From Octopus vulgaris (Eukaryota), in assembly GCA_951406725.2 (NCBI GenBank), contig OX597826.1:39928001-39992000 (forward strand): a stretch of 64,000 nucleotides of DNA, in the 5' to 3' direction. Below the pieces are notes generated by a model, which worked only from the letters and a program-made list of their open reading frames with translations, was not told the DNA's origin and ran no database searches. Of this stretch, positions 25,145-39,468 are shown one piece after another. Numbering within the stretch: the first letter of the stretch is position 1; each line of letters opens with the position of its first letter. A program made the position numbers and the translations under genes.

Positions 25145-27409
25145 TGGTGTTAAAAATACCGAAACAAGATATTCTATGGCTTGGGAGACTAACGGATACT
25201 TCTGTGTGAGTATGTATGTATGTGTGCGTGTGTATGTGTGTGTGTGTGCCAGTGGCTAAATTTGTAGCTGTGTATGCGCGCCTTTTTTACCTATCACTAC
25301 TCGAGAACCGCAGTAGGTTTGTTTACGTCCCTGTAATGAAATACTTCGAATAAAAGACACCGATGAAAATAAGTACCAAATTTATAATCAAGTACTAAGG
25401 CTGATTTGAGTGCATTAATTCTTGAAGGTGATGCTCTAGTATGGTTATAGTTAAATGGCTGAAAAGAGAAAAAGAATATATTTAGCTTCAACAGCTAAAA
25501 TCGAAGAACACTCGACTAGTTTCGTCTCTTATTAAAGAGTCGATATTGATCGACTACCTAACCTAACAGTTGCAGTTATGTATACACAATGAAAAATATT
25601 GCGTGTAGTGTATGTGTGTGTGTGTGAGAGAGGGGTGGAGAGTGAAACGAGAGAAGTGAAAGAGAACATAGATTGGCAAAACCGTAAGCGTATGAGAGTA
25701 TTTGTGAACATGTACTTGGTATTCCGTTTCGTTACTGTCCATAATGCTGAACACCATCACCTGTTGCGAAATACAGATAACGATAAATAAATTGCATCTA
25801 CCTAACACTAATGAATTATTCATTGACACTATGGTATTCCTTACTGAGACTAATTTGAACACAAATTATTTATGTGTTTTCCTTTGAGGTACGCCAGTAG
25901 CTTTTAACACATACTAATTATATGCGCTTTGGTCGCAGTACCATGAACGATTCTTCGCTAATTATTCTTTTGGGACTTAGTTTATTTTGTACTAAGTATT
26001 TTGTCGTACGGGGTAAATAGATATCCTCTAAGGATTATGGAAAGTTGTAAATAGTCGGTGATGTTTAGCTTAAAGTTTCTCACTGTTCGCTAAGTTCTGA
26101 ACTATGACGCTCTTATTTTATTTACCAACCACACACATAGACATACACACACATACACACAGATAGTACTAGGAAGAATTTTCAAAATAGCTGTCATCCT
26201 GAGAATACTATGTGATTAAATAAATACATCATATTTTTCTCTTGTACCTTCATGACCTTCAAAGAGTATCTGTTTGTGTGTGCGTATATATACATACATA
26301 CATACATAGATACATACATACATACATACATACATACATACATACATACATACATACATACATACATACATACATACATACATACACACAAACACACATA
26401 TATATATATATGTCTATTATGTTTTCGCAGTTTCTGTCTATCTTGCCCTTCTCTGTGTAACTTTTGAAATATATATATAAATGCATGCATGGTTTGACAG
26501 GTACATGAGTAGAAAATAAGGACGTTTCTGTCTGGCCGCCAAGTTTCAATCTCTTCAAATACTGCTCGAATTGATTTCCTATTGGTGTAAGGATATAGTT
26601 ATATGTGCTAATCACTGCTTTGAAATTCATTTTCGCTATAAATCAATAACTAAATAGTTATTAGCTTTTAAAGCGTGCATATTCTGGGTAATTTTAGCCA
26701 ATTATAATCCACCAACCCATTCATGCCTACTTCCATAGTAACATGTCAAACAAGAGAATTCTTTTGTCAGCGAGATAGCACATGATGACAAATATATTCT
26801 ACGCGAAAGCATGTGCGTTGATGCTGCAAGTGCCTAACTCTTTCATATACACTGGTCGAGAGATGTGCTAAAAATAACAGCTAAAGGAAACCTTAAATCT
26901 CGCACCATAAATCTTTTTTTTTGTCTGTTTTTGCATGATCGTATTAATTTCCGAGTCTAGAATGCAAATTCGCAAATATTTTCTGAAAATTCAAAAAAAA
27001 AAAAAGAAAAAAGTTTTATGAGTGCGTAAAACAGAAGTTGATTTCTTAAAACATGTCACGCAAAAAATGACAGCTTCCAAATCCAGTTTTTCAGACTGGG
27101 TGAAAATTATCAAACTTTAAACCTGTATAATTTATTTAAACATTTTTCTGAAAAATAAAATCTCCAAAGATTCATCTTGGAAAACTACATTATTGTATAA
27201 TTTAAAAATTTTCAATAAACATTGAAGTTTCGAACATGGGCAGCCAAACTGAAAAGTTCCAGAAATAGATAGACAGGCAGATAGTGAGACAGATACGTAA
27301 AGTGAGTGAGTGAATGAGTGAGTGAGTAAGTACCAGAGAGAGAGAAAGAGAGAGGGGAGAGGAGTGATGCACAGTCAAAAAGTCAGACGAACAGTCAGAG
27401 AAACAGACA

Positions 27410-27436
27410 GGCAGACAGACAGATAGGTAGACAGAC

Positions 27437-27489
<53 letters not shown>

Positions 27490-27491
27490 AG

Positions 27492-27552
<61 letters not shown>
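27410..27552. repeat. (GACA)n/(GATA)n microsatellite
   Basis: Direct reading. Confidence 0.9.
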
Positions 27553-28812
27553 CACGGGCTGATAGACAGACGGAAAGAAAGGCAGGCAGAGAACCGCTCT
27601 GTCTAATAACACAGAAACGCATCAAGCTGCGCCTTAGTTTAACAGTGAAAGCATAGATGCTCTACACATAAATGGAAGAAAATATCGAGGAACTTAGCAT
27701 ATACCTATACGTTCATAGTTATGTTAAAATAACCCGTCTGATCATTTAGAGAATTCTGCAACTTTTGACCATCTTCAGTTGGTGTAGAAATAAGATGGGT
27801 TCTCGGCTTGACTCTTTATTATAACTATTAGTCGACAGTAGCAAATGGATGTAAAACGACTAGCTACCAAACGTTCAGGGAGCGAGTCTATTTATATATA
27901 ATGTAAGAGAAAAATAATTTCTAGCACTTTGGAGCGATTTATGCGGAATCAAAAAACACAAAACCCTTACAAGGCACAATTTAATTTGGCTTATTAAGAT
28001 ATTTATTGAACATGAAGTGCTACGATTTATACAGACGTGGAATAAAGTATAGAGAGATTGTCCGTTTCCTTGCGTTATGTGTACAATTAAATGGTATACT
28101 TTCAGACAATTTTCAGGAACACAATTTCGGAAACAGCGCTTGTGTCACCCACGGCCATGCTAGAAGGTTTTTGCCATACAATGTGAGCGAAGTCAGTTGC
28201 TCATTTACACAGCGTGTATATTCAGATAAGTATGCATATATACATATCTACCTCCATACACACAGAGACATGCACGCGCACACATACATACATACAATGG
28301 CGACCGTTGTGGTCAATCTGATACTTGGACTTGTGTAATTACTGCTCCTATGAAGGCTACATAGCAAATATTGGAAAAGATGAGCTACAAAGTGCAGTGA
28401 GATTAAATACAAATATTTCGACATAAGTGCTTTAAACATTACATATATCGCAGCATATCGATATAAACGCTACATACATCTTAACATTTATATAAACAAA
28501 GCTCTGTAACCAAGTCACGTTTCAAAACAATTCACACAAAAAAAATATAACCTACTGACTATACATGTTTAAGTAAAACTGTAGAATAAAAGATTTGAAA
28601 GGAAAGATAACTAAGCCATGAGCAACTCTAAATCTATTTCTGATAAAACCTTGTCTAAACTTTTAAAGAAGATCATTGTATATTTTGAAAAACAAATGCA
28701 AATACCAGTGAAGAAACATAATAATCGTGGCTAAGCATATAAGTTTCTGACCAGATCGTAATAATTACTGTATATAATGAACCTACGAACTTGATATATA
28801 AAATTCCGTTTC

Positions 28813-28945
28813 ATGCAGAGGTTAACAAATTTGTGGGACCTCAAACACTGGAAATAAAACTTTTCCCCAGAAAGTTCAGTTTTATGTAAAGGCTAACAAA
28901 GTTGTGTTACCTCAAACACTCAAAATTAGATTTGTTCCAAAAACA
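28813..28945 (+). repeat. Diverged two-unit direct repeat (~71-bp period)
   Basis: agg(t/c)taacaaa(t/g)ttgtg..acctcaaacact occurs twice. Confidence 0.7.
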
Positions 28946-29142
28946 TTTAAGTGATCAAAGAAAACTATCATTAAATGTAAACTGATACATCTAACGGAAA
29001 CGTTGAATTCGTAGCAGGGTGATACTATAAAACCAGCCATTGAAGATAATCATTCTACTTCCATAGATTGACAGACAGAATGGTCGTCTAAATCTAGCAA
29101 TAAGCAACGCACCAATAATTTAACTGAAATCCATACGTATAC

Positions 29143-29326
29143 TCATTTACTTGTTTCAGTCATTTGACTGTGGCCATGCTGGATCACCGCCTCTAGTCGA
29201 ACAAATCGACCCTTGGACTTATTCTTTGTAAGCCTAGTACTTATTCTATCGGTCTCTTTTGCCGAACCGCTAAGTTACGGGGACATAAACATACCACCAT
29301 CGACTGTCAAGCGATGTTGGGGGGAT

Positions 29327-29376
<50 letters not shown>

Positions 29377-29405
29377 ACATATATATATATATACATATAT
29401 ACGAC
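29143..29405 (-). mobile_element. SINE family B, 3' half
   Basis: tttcagtcatttgactg..gccgaaccgctaagttacggggac. Confidence 0.8.
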
Positions 29406-29605
29406 GCAAAAATCGACGAGTATGGTAAAAGCACAGCAAAACAAAGACGCACCACGTTGTAGTACGATCTCAGCAGACGGCGTCGGTAAGAAGAGTGATG
29501 CCAGAGGATCGCATCAAGTGACTTCTAGCGGAGGAGCGTGAACTACAAAGGGCTTGTCCCACAAAAATACAGAGAATGTTTCGTCTTACTTTTGGGTAGC
29601 CCCTC

Positions 29606-29640
<35 letters not shown>

Positions 29641-29641
<1 letters not shown>

Positions 29642-30660
29642 TAGCATTATGACCCGTCGTTGCCGGGTCATAGTGCTAGTGCATGTATATATGTGTATAT
29701 ATATGTGTACATATTACATGTACATCTATATATATACATCTACACATAAAATACAACATACAAAGTTATATCTTGATATCGCTAGTGATAACAATACTCA
29801 AAATATATAACACACTCGAATTATAAGCCCGTCTCTTGCAATTTCAATCAATTGTATCTTGTCCTCCCTCTTGTATAGAAGTGTGGCTACAATCCAGCCT
29901 ACCTCTACTGCTGGGGCGGGGGCATTTAAAATCTTTTTCTTGGACGTCCTACGTCCCAGATATAAAGGTAAAAATTAAATATTTCCACTTTGCAAATTCG
30001 AGTCGAGTACTCGCTTGCATGCTCCGTTGACTCGAACCTTGCTTATATTGTGGTGAATTTACCGCCTCTGGTTAGATATCTTTCATAGTCGCACCAAGAC
30101 ACTTTTCGATGGTGCTTTCCTCAAGGTGTTCAAATCATTTTTCTCTACATTGTGTACTTTATAGACAATAATCTTTTCTTTAATTTAATTTTTTATTATC
30201 CATCTCGACCATTCCATTTCTGCACGCTAATTTTATTTTTAATTTATTCCCATTCATGTGAAACCACTTATTCATGTTCAAGTCATTGATGCAATTTTAT
30301 ACCAATTGCTATTTTTACTTTTGTTATGTTACGATTATATTATACTTTAGTTTGATTTTAATTAATACTTACTACATATAGTTCAATTGTTATTATTATT
30401 TTTATTGTTAAAGTGAATGCATCTGACATAAAATAGAGAAATGTTTTTGTTTCACTTTTAACACGTAATACTGAAATAGTGGAGAAGATATGATATTGCT
30501 ATGGGCTCGCTCTGGGCAAGAAATTGAACATATTTTTTTGCCCATGAAACTACGTGTAAGGCATGTGTAAAACTTGAATGAAATTGGATGTGTAGTTCTC
30601 ACGTTTTAGGGAAACACACAGATAGACAGACAGACACACATTCTCAGTTTTATATATATA
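29641..30660 (-). mobile_element. Non-autonomous Helitron, copy 2 (lacks the segment equivalent to ~4810-5355)
   Basis: Reverse complement of copy 1 with the same terminal hairpin and CTAG. Inserted in (TA)n. Confidence 0.8.
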
Positions 30661-31372
30661 TATATATATATATAAGTTTATGAACTTGTGTTACAAGATT
30701 CCTGATGTGAAACCGTGTGTTGAAAATAGATATTGTATTTCGGAACCGTCATTTTGTTTCTTTTTTTTTTGGTTGGCTGGATGCAAATAAACACACGAAC
30801 GATTTCCCCTCGTTTATTACTATTCTTCTTTTAAATCATATCCATTGTTCGGAAATCTTCCGTCACACATGTTTGACTTCTTCAGCGACACTGTCCTCGT
30901 GTGTGCTCCTGCTCTGCTTAGTCCATTTTCTTCTTCTATAATGTATATCATTATATGCGCATGCGTTTGCGTCTGTATTTGTGTGTGTATGTATCTGTAA
31001 GGCGTTGTTCTTCGTAGCACTATGACCCTCCCTTCACGCCAGCCGCTTCACCCGTAGCCGCTGTTGCTGCCCTTGACTCCGACTTTTGATACTGTTCCTG
31101 TATCTCTCTGTTTGTGTGTTCGCCCAAGCTGCTCCCATCGTTATAGCTGCTGTTGCTGTTGATATTGCAATTGTTGCCGTTGTCGGTCGTGTTGCTGATG
31201 TTGTTGTAGCCATCTGTGAAGTTACTGTATGTGTGTTTATGTCCTGTACCCATATATGCCAGTATATATACATATAGATGTAGGTACGTACATATATGTA
31301 TGTATATATGCATATGTTTATATATTATTTATATTATATGATCGAACGCCACGCATCCTTTGCCAAGTAAGT

Positions 31373-31441
<69 letters not shown>

Positions 31442-31451
31442 ATATATATAT

Positions 31452-31590
31452 ACGACGGGCTTCTTTCAGTTTCCGTCTACCAAATCCACTCACAAGGCTT
31501 TGGTCGACCCGAGGCAACAGTATGAGACATCTGACCTAAGGTGCCACACTGTGGAACTGAACCTGAAACCGTATGGTTGGGAAGTATATA
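31452..31590 (-). mobile_element. SINE family B, 5' half
   Basis: cgacgggcttctttcagtttccgtctacc..ggaactgaacc. Confidence 0.8.
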
Positions 31591-31639
31591 TAGCGTAAGT
31601 GCTGTAGTTGGTCGACCATTAGGTTCCAAGATCACAGCT

Positions 31640-33265
31640 AAGGCTGGATCTGGGGATACGTGTTAGGATTCCGTTATATCCTGTATATATTATATGAGAG
31701 GAACACTCAAAACGATGGCAAAACGAGTATCTGAAGTCAATTAATATAATTTAATTTGTGTAAGGTGAATTTGAATTCTTACAGCTGTTTCTGGGATAAC
31801 TCAAGTTGTTGTTTAGCATGTCCGTGTTCTGGGTATCCCGCCATCAAAGACACGGTATGACAATTTTTTGCGGGGAAAATTTACAGATTACAAGGAATAA
31901 AATTTACAGATTATAACGTATAGAATAAAAGAATAAAGTAGCAAAAAAAGAATAAAGAGTAAGAATAGTAACATATAGGCAGGAGAATAATGTTCACAAC
32001 TCCTCTTCTTCCAGACGATATGGCTGTTGGTCGCTGCTTCCATGAACGTACAAGTTTTTAGGTAAAATTATATATACGTATGTGTGTGAGTTTGTGTACA
32101 CTTTCCTTATTCTTCTATCTCTCTATCAACAAAACTATCTTAGAAACTTGCTAACTTCAACTCATAATTTTAAATTTTATATTCTTTTTAGATTTTAGAT
32201 TTCTTAGTCTTAAATTTTAAGTTTAGGTTTTAAATTTAAATTTTCAATTTTACGTTTAATTCTTAATCTTTTATCTCATATCATTTAATGGATATGAAGC
32301 TTGAAATACAATTTTAGATAAGGACACTAAACTATTGTTCTTATAACCTTACCTAGATTGGCCTTCAATCCCCACTCTACTGAAACTCTAACGTTTGACC
32401 TATAACCTCCATACATAACTGACATTTTTATATCGTTACTTTTGCTTTTATTTATTTATATATTTTTTATCTTATTATTTTTCACCGTTACCTCTATCGT
32501 GTTTTATTTTTATTCCGTTTCTCCTCTCTCTCTCACACACTCACTCACAAAAGCCATTTAAGATATATCTACCATTACCACATCCTTTGTTTTATTATTT
32601 TTATTATTTTGATTTATATTTTTATTATTATTTTGATTTATATTTTTTATTATTTTTATTTTTTTATATATTTTAATTTATATTTTATTCTTATTTTTCC
32701 CTTTTACCACTTTCTTATTTTTTTAATCACTTCTCCTATCTCTCTTTCTCTTTCCCCCACTTCTCACTCTCTCTCTCTTTCATACACCCACTCATAAAAC
32801 CCATTTGTCCATCATACCTTCTCGCTTTATATACACATGTGCAATATGGATACATCATTCAGAACACTGCCAAAATATTGCCTGGATTTACTTGAGATTT
32901 TAACTAAAAACCTGTACCTTTATGGAAGTACCGACCAACACCCATATCTTATGGAAAACGATGAGTTGTAAACATTATTCACCTGCCTATATTCTTCTAA
33001 CTACTTTTACTCTTTATTCTTGTATTTTACTACTTTATTCTCCTATTTTATTCCTTATAAACTGTGAATTTTATTTCTTGTAAAGTAAATTTTCGTCTTC
33101 TAATATATCCATATCTTCTCTCTTATGACGGATTACCCAGTGCATGGACATGCTAACCAAACGCTTGGGTTATCTCAGAAACAGTTATAAGATTTCAAAT
33201 TAATTTTACCATGATTAAATTATTCTATACGACTCGTTCTGCGTTGGGTTTGATTTTTCCTTTAA
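31640..33265 (+). mobile_element. Truncated PLE-derived insertion with inverted pseudo-LTR
   Basis: ~31700-32070 is a diverged reverse complement of ~32895-33260. Each arm carries a hammerhead-like motif (31777-31850 minus; 33118-33192 plus). Confidence 0.65.
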
Positions 33266-33291
33266 ATGTATTTTATATATATATATAATAC

Positions 33292-33376
<85 letters not shown>

Positions 33377-33426
33377 ATATTACATATAACCAGGCCTAAT
33401 TTCGTAGAACATGATTCATGTAAGAA

Positions 33427-35570
33427 TAGGGCCTTGCTAAGACACTATACAATATATTTTAGAAGATTCGTGAGTTTGTAATGTGAACGTTGTTTTCGGA
33501 ATCCATTCATTCTAACAGCTTTTTCTGTCTCTCAATATTCCAAACATAAACAAGCATGAGGCTAAATATTTGGATGCGTATTAAATACATACAATTTTAA
33601 ATAGTACCACACATTTACACATGAATTAAAAGCATCTCTAGTATAATAAATATTGTTAAATACGTACACTAATGCATATGTTTTGTGTATTTTCCGGTGG
33701 CTATAATGGCGTGCGAAGTATATAACTCTCATGTCGCCCGTTTTTAGACACCTTAGAGTCATAGACAGGCGAGATAACTCACCCTCAATCCCATTTGAGA
33801 ATGATGGACATCGATATTTCACCATTTTTGTGACTTATCAACACCATCTACCCGCCTGGCTTCACAGTGAGTCAGCTATCCAGTCCAATAGCTTATATGC
33901 TCCTGAGCAGGTATGCCCGGAAATTGCACACCTAAGAGAAGAGCTTTTACTTCATAGACGTAGAGCCTATAAGAAACACCACGAAAGGCCATATTCCTCA
34001 CTGCTACAAACAGAACAATTGGCAAGATACATTCTAACACTGCACTAATAATGAGGTCTCTCCTTCTCCACTAAAGCAATCGCCTGTTTGTCAAAAGTTG
34101 AGGCTGTTTTAAGGAGAAATTCTCGCTCCTTCCATTTCATCATATGCTGCTTGTAGCTCATTCATTTCTCATGTTGTTCTAATGTCTTGCTCAAATATTG
34201 CCAACTGCTGACTCTTTTAGACGTTAGTCTCATTATATTGCGAGCAAACAGCTTGCAACAGAAACAAAATAACGCATCATGTTGAATTTTGATACAAGCC
34301 ACGTTCGAACTATCGTTTCGCCATTTGGCAGCATCTTAAAATAGAAGTCGGAATTGAATCTGCGGTTTTCTTTTGATTTAGGAAATTCGCATTTTTTTAC
34401 TTGAAGAACTCCAAGTTTCATAATGACAGTACGCGTGCCATCGGATATAGTTTCTGGCCAAGATCCGGGGTCAGTAGTGATAGTGACTGTTTCTTGTTGC
34501 ACAACCATATCTTCAGCAATAGGTAAAGGTTGTTGACAGAATGCATCATATAAATCCTTCACATTTCCCTCCGCTGCTGAAAATGTAGCAATCTGCTGTG
34601 AATCTTCATCGTATCCACGCTTTTGTTGTTGCTTGGCGTTTCCGTTGTTATTTGCTTGCCTGTCTTCTCCGGGCATTGGTTCATTGCTATTCGATGATAG
34701 TAATGTTACCGATATATATTGATCCATAATTTCAGCCATACGTTTCCTGTCGTTTGGCAGGTTCTCTCGGTTTTTGCGCTTTTGTGCACCGGCTACATGC
34801 TCTCGGAACGACATCACTTGAGATCTGAAATGCAAGGTGCTCAGTAAAAATAGCATGAAATTTATTGCACAAGATTAATGCAAGATCTACAAATAATGTT
34901 ACATATACACGTAATACTTAGGGCCTTATCAACAAGTATAAATATGTATCTTGGCCTACATGTATTTGGTTATGACAAACAGATACAGGTGATACAGATA
35001 CAGATACAGATACAAAATTCAAGTGTAATATGTGGACGTATGTATTGCTACAGAACATGCAGTGAAATATCAATTTTAGAAAATGTGTTAAACCCAGTTC
35101 TGCCCATTGTGCCATTTAGAGGGATAGTTCATTTATGGAGCATTTTTCAAATAATTTGCTTTCCACACAGTTATCGCGGATGCTTACGTTTCACCACTAA
35201 AGAATACTGTTACCATATTTCAGTGGGTTTAATAAAAACAGCTCTATGTCGAAAATTTTAAATTCAAGTTCAATTCGATCGTATTAACAAAATATCTTTT
35301 CTGAGTTTCCTTTTTCAATTTATGTGAGCAATAAAGACCAAGGTATTCAAAGCCTATTTATGTAGGGGCGTTCGTGGTACAATGTAATATTTTTACAAGA
35401 ACTTTTGCGGGTATAATGTATCATCCTTTTATTTCTTGAAATTTTCAGTTGACAGTTTAATTCTTGTTCAACATATTTAACGAAAGTAAATAGATGTCTC
35501 ATCTACGTACTTTGATCTTAACATGGGGCCTCTCAACTGCAGGGGTTGCAGGGGCTTAGCGACGACCCTG
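33427..35570 (-). mobile_element. hAT transposon remnant (ZMYM1/TTF zinc-finger type transposase N-terminal part)
   Basis: ORF 34233-34856 has DPGSWP..FPKSKENRRFNSDFY..LPNGETIVRTWL. Downstream frames give WQYLSKTLEQHE. Candidate TIRs are cagggtcgtcgctaag (35570) and tagggccttgctaag (33427). No TSD seen. Confidence 0.75.
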
Positions 35571-38500
35571 GTTGTATCCCTATATGTTGTGTTTAAAATA
35601 ATTAACTCACTACTCCTGACCATATCGCATATCACATTTTCTCTCCTCTTCATGTTGTCCATGTCTTTATTTTTATCTTTTTCGTCCCGTCTCTCCCTTT
35701 CTTTTTTCTTTCTCTCTCAAAAATATACGAGCTATCCCTGTCAATAATAAATTAAAATCTCCATTTCAGCCATTCTTTTATTTATATTTTGAGTTCTATG
35801 TAAAATAGAAAATTGAAACAATGACTCGATGCCAACCCTGGTGAGAATGACGCAGATGAGAGTATGTTGGAGAGTAGGAATAGGAGGAAAAGCAAGAAGA
35901 TGGAGAAGAGGATAGTGATGATGATGATTATAAATATTCATTTAGAACATCTTTTGCAGATATCTAACTCGTCCTCCGCATTTGACCTCGAAATTTGTTG
36001 TTATTGATTGAAATTACGATAATTTTACTAACATTTATAATTAATTGATCGAATGTACTCTAACAAACTATAACCAGATATATTTTCTGCAAGTGATTTT
36101 ATAAACTATTGCTTATTAAAACTGAAATATAAATATGCAAAGCAAAAACAAACACCACAAACTAGTTTAGACTCCGCTAGGAGATTGGCAAACACTTTGC
36201 AGTGGAAAAAAGCCAGCAACATTTGCTCCATCTATTACACTATCATGCTGGTTTCTTTCCTCAGACTTGAATCTTTGGTTCCGATAGACGAAAGAAAGCG
36301 GCAGTCAGGTGATCGTGAATTATCAGCGACCAATGTAAGAAAGAATTTCACTGTTAATGACTAGTATTATAATCTTTTCTGGTACCTCTGAGTTGTATGC
36401 AAATTCGCCAAGTTTGTCGGTAGATGGAGATAGGAGCACTTGGAAACTGTCCCCACTTTTAGGATGCAGTACACTACACACGCAGGGAATTCGGTGGTGA
36501 TCCAGCTGAATGCATTCTCGTTCTGAGAAAACTAATGGACATTTTATGTGACCAGTTGAAAGAGATAACATCAGGAGGGTCATTCATATTAATTGCTTTA
36601 TTCTGTTCTATGACATCTGTCTCGCTAAAAGAGATGTATCATGAAAGATCTGTACGACAATGTCGTACGCTTGTACGACAAGTATGCCCCTCTTTAAATA
36701 TCCATAGTTAGAATATCCAATGGCAAACATTAGAAAATTAGAAAAGTTTAAACAGCAGATTTTATAGCTCCTACTCTTATGCATTCTAAAAGATAACCCA
36801 TAACGGAGCAGGGGTTAAGTATTAAGTTTGGGAATATTTTCCAAACGGTTTTTCTACACATCTAGTGAATAAAGAAACCGGTGTAATTTACTTATATATG
36901 TACATACATTCAGCATAGAGACACACACATATATGCACACAGGATACACACACATGCACACACACACATTTATATCTATATTTACACGTGCGAACATGCA
37001 CATATGCATGTATAAACGGTGAACAATTAAGATACATAGATATTAAAATCAAGAGAAACATACTAATTGAAGAAAGATGTGCGCGCCTGTATTTTATCAG
37101 TGACATCAAGTATTATCAAACATTCATATGCTTACATTCTATGTACATTTATCAAGGTGATCCTTTTAATATGATTCATTATTAGAATGCCATTGGCTAT
37201 CACCCACCCACACTGACTCTGTACTGTCGCTAAGGAAACTAACTCCTTAATTTCCTGAAATATTCAAATGGAACCAAACATTTGATGATAACCATCCCAG
37301 GGGATATTGCTTTATATTTTCATTTTCTGAAATCTCTAGTTGCAGCAATTTCAGGAAGTTTATCGCCCATATAGTACTGTACAGTAAAAAAAGTATGAAA
37401 TTTCCGAATAGAATTGGTCCAGAGAATTTTCCGAAAGTGCTAACTTGTGTTACGTACTTGCTTATTTTAACCTACTTTCTTGCTTCTTTTTGTTTACTGA
37501 GATTTAATTCCAGTGTGCATATAGAACAGTGTATATATAGAACAGTTTAACTACTTCATGTCCACCCCTTGTCTCACTCTCTTAGTGCAATCTCTGTTGA
37601 GGTATTGCCTTCATTTTTTTCTTAACAAATTGCATTCCAATCACGAATTGTTTTCTGAAAGATTTTCTAAGAAAATTACTATTTTTAAATCTCACAATGA
37701 AAGATATTCTGTGCTGTAAAGGGAAATAACCCGGAAATCGCGATACGCAGATATTGTTTTGAGCTGAGTGGGGATGCTAGATTCCCTTGTTCGAAGAATG
37801 AATGGACACAGATCATATCGTATAGCCAGCTGGAGACGATGTCTCCTGGGGCTAAATTACAGCAACATTCGTCTTAAACCAGGACTGCCATGTTATGTTG
37901 GCAAACAACCTTTACTCCAAAAATTTTCTTGTTTATAACATTGTATGTGTCTCCAGGATATACAAAGGTTAAACACGAAGGATTTGCAGAACCCTTAGAA
38001 TGTCACCCAAACTGGATTACGATATTTAGTTAGAACATATTATTCTTTGATTCTTTTATTCTTTTACATGTTTCAGTTCTAAGACGGGGGCCATGTTCAG
38101 CTTTTGAATATTCTGCTCACCCCGTATTCTATCCAGGCTCGAAATTATAAGCCAGCCGCAACCAAATACAAAGCAGAAATCGCCTGTCGATGTAGACTTT
38201 TTGGCTCTAAAAGCTGATACAATTCCATCTTTTTATTCGTATTTGTGAAAAAATAATTAAATAATGAATATAAGGAACTAGTTTATTAGGATGCTGGTTT
38301 ACTAACAATAATTACTGTTTTACTCCTGACGTTTAATGTACTGATCTTTGTAACTACAGAAGGCAGCGAAATCACAGAGACCGTGTCTATACGACATAAA
38401 ATAACTGCAAAAGAAAAGACCTCAAGTACTCCTGCTGCAGGAAAAGCAATTAGTAAAGTGGAGATTAAAATAATTAATGTCATAATCTTTTGTCTGATGA

Positions 38501-39468
38501 AAAGCTTCAGAAAAACACTATCCTTTTAAGACAGAGGACATTAGGATATTAGAGATTTGCTGCAAATGAGGGGAAAAGCTTAACTGAAAACCTGAAAATA
38601 TGTTTTCATATGTGAATATTTGAAAATAAAAAAGTGTCTTGTGATGCGGAATGAGTAGATGAAAATCGATGGGATCTTTTAACTTTTTTTTTCGGCAACG
38701 AATTATATTTTATTTTCTCTGTGAATAAAATGTACCTAGAAGAAAAATGGTATTTTCAGGATCTTTCTCTGCATCGTTTGAATAATTTTAATGAGACATC
38801 AAACATTTGCGGTTCTTCTAAACATATATACTGTAATTTATCCATTGTATATATTTTTCATGTCTGTAAGCACAAGCGTTCACCAATACACACGCACACA
38901 CAGACATACACACCCACTTACACACACATGCACGCACACACACACACACACACGTACACACATATACAGACATACACGCAAACAGAGAGACAGACATGTA
39001 TGTATATATGTAAAATCAGACACATTGTACTATCTACAAATGAATACAGTTATGTATTTGGAAGTCTCTTAGTTTTGGAAATATCGTAATATTGTCTTTT
39101 CTTACAGATCTGTTTTGAAGAAGAAGTTTTTGGAGATAAAACACTCATTAATTTTCATTTACTCTAAGAGCAACTTATTTAACTTGCTGTATATAACAAC
39201 TTATCTGCAGAACACATAAACGGCCTCTCTCTTAATTCGGCTGTAACACGTTGCTCACCTACGAATTTAATTTATCAGCAAATAATTGTATAAAGCTTCA
39301 GCTTAAATCCTTATATCTGATGCCGGAATTGTACCGAGACATTTACTGTTATTTTGAAGCATTACAACTGTGAATAATAATCAATGTGTAAACTTCCAAA
39401 TATTCTCTTAAATAAACAAAAAAATTCTCTTAAAACATTCATATGCTTACGAGATAGATAGATAGATA

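Noticed and set aside
28813-28945. CRISPR-like repeat-spacer pattern
   Set aside because: Only two diverged units whose similarity extends through the supposed spacer, in a eukaryotic context.
31020-31313. GC-richer ORFs with N/S/A/T runs
   Set aside because: Degenerate trinucleotide low-complexity sequence with no recognisable domain.
33731-34048. 105-aa plus-strand ORF
   Set aside because: It is the antisense shadow of the minus-strand hAT transposase remnant.
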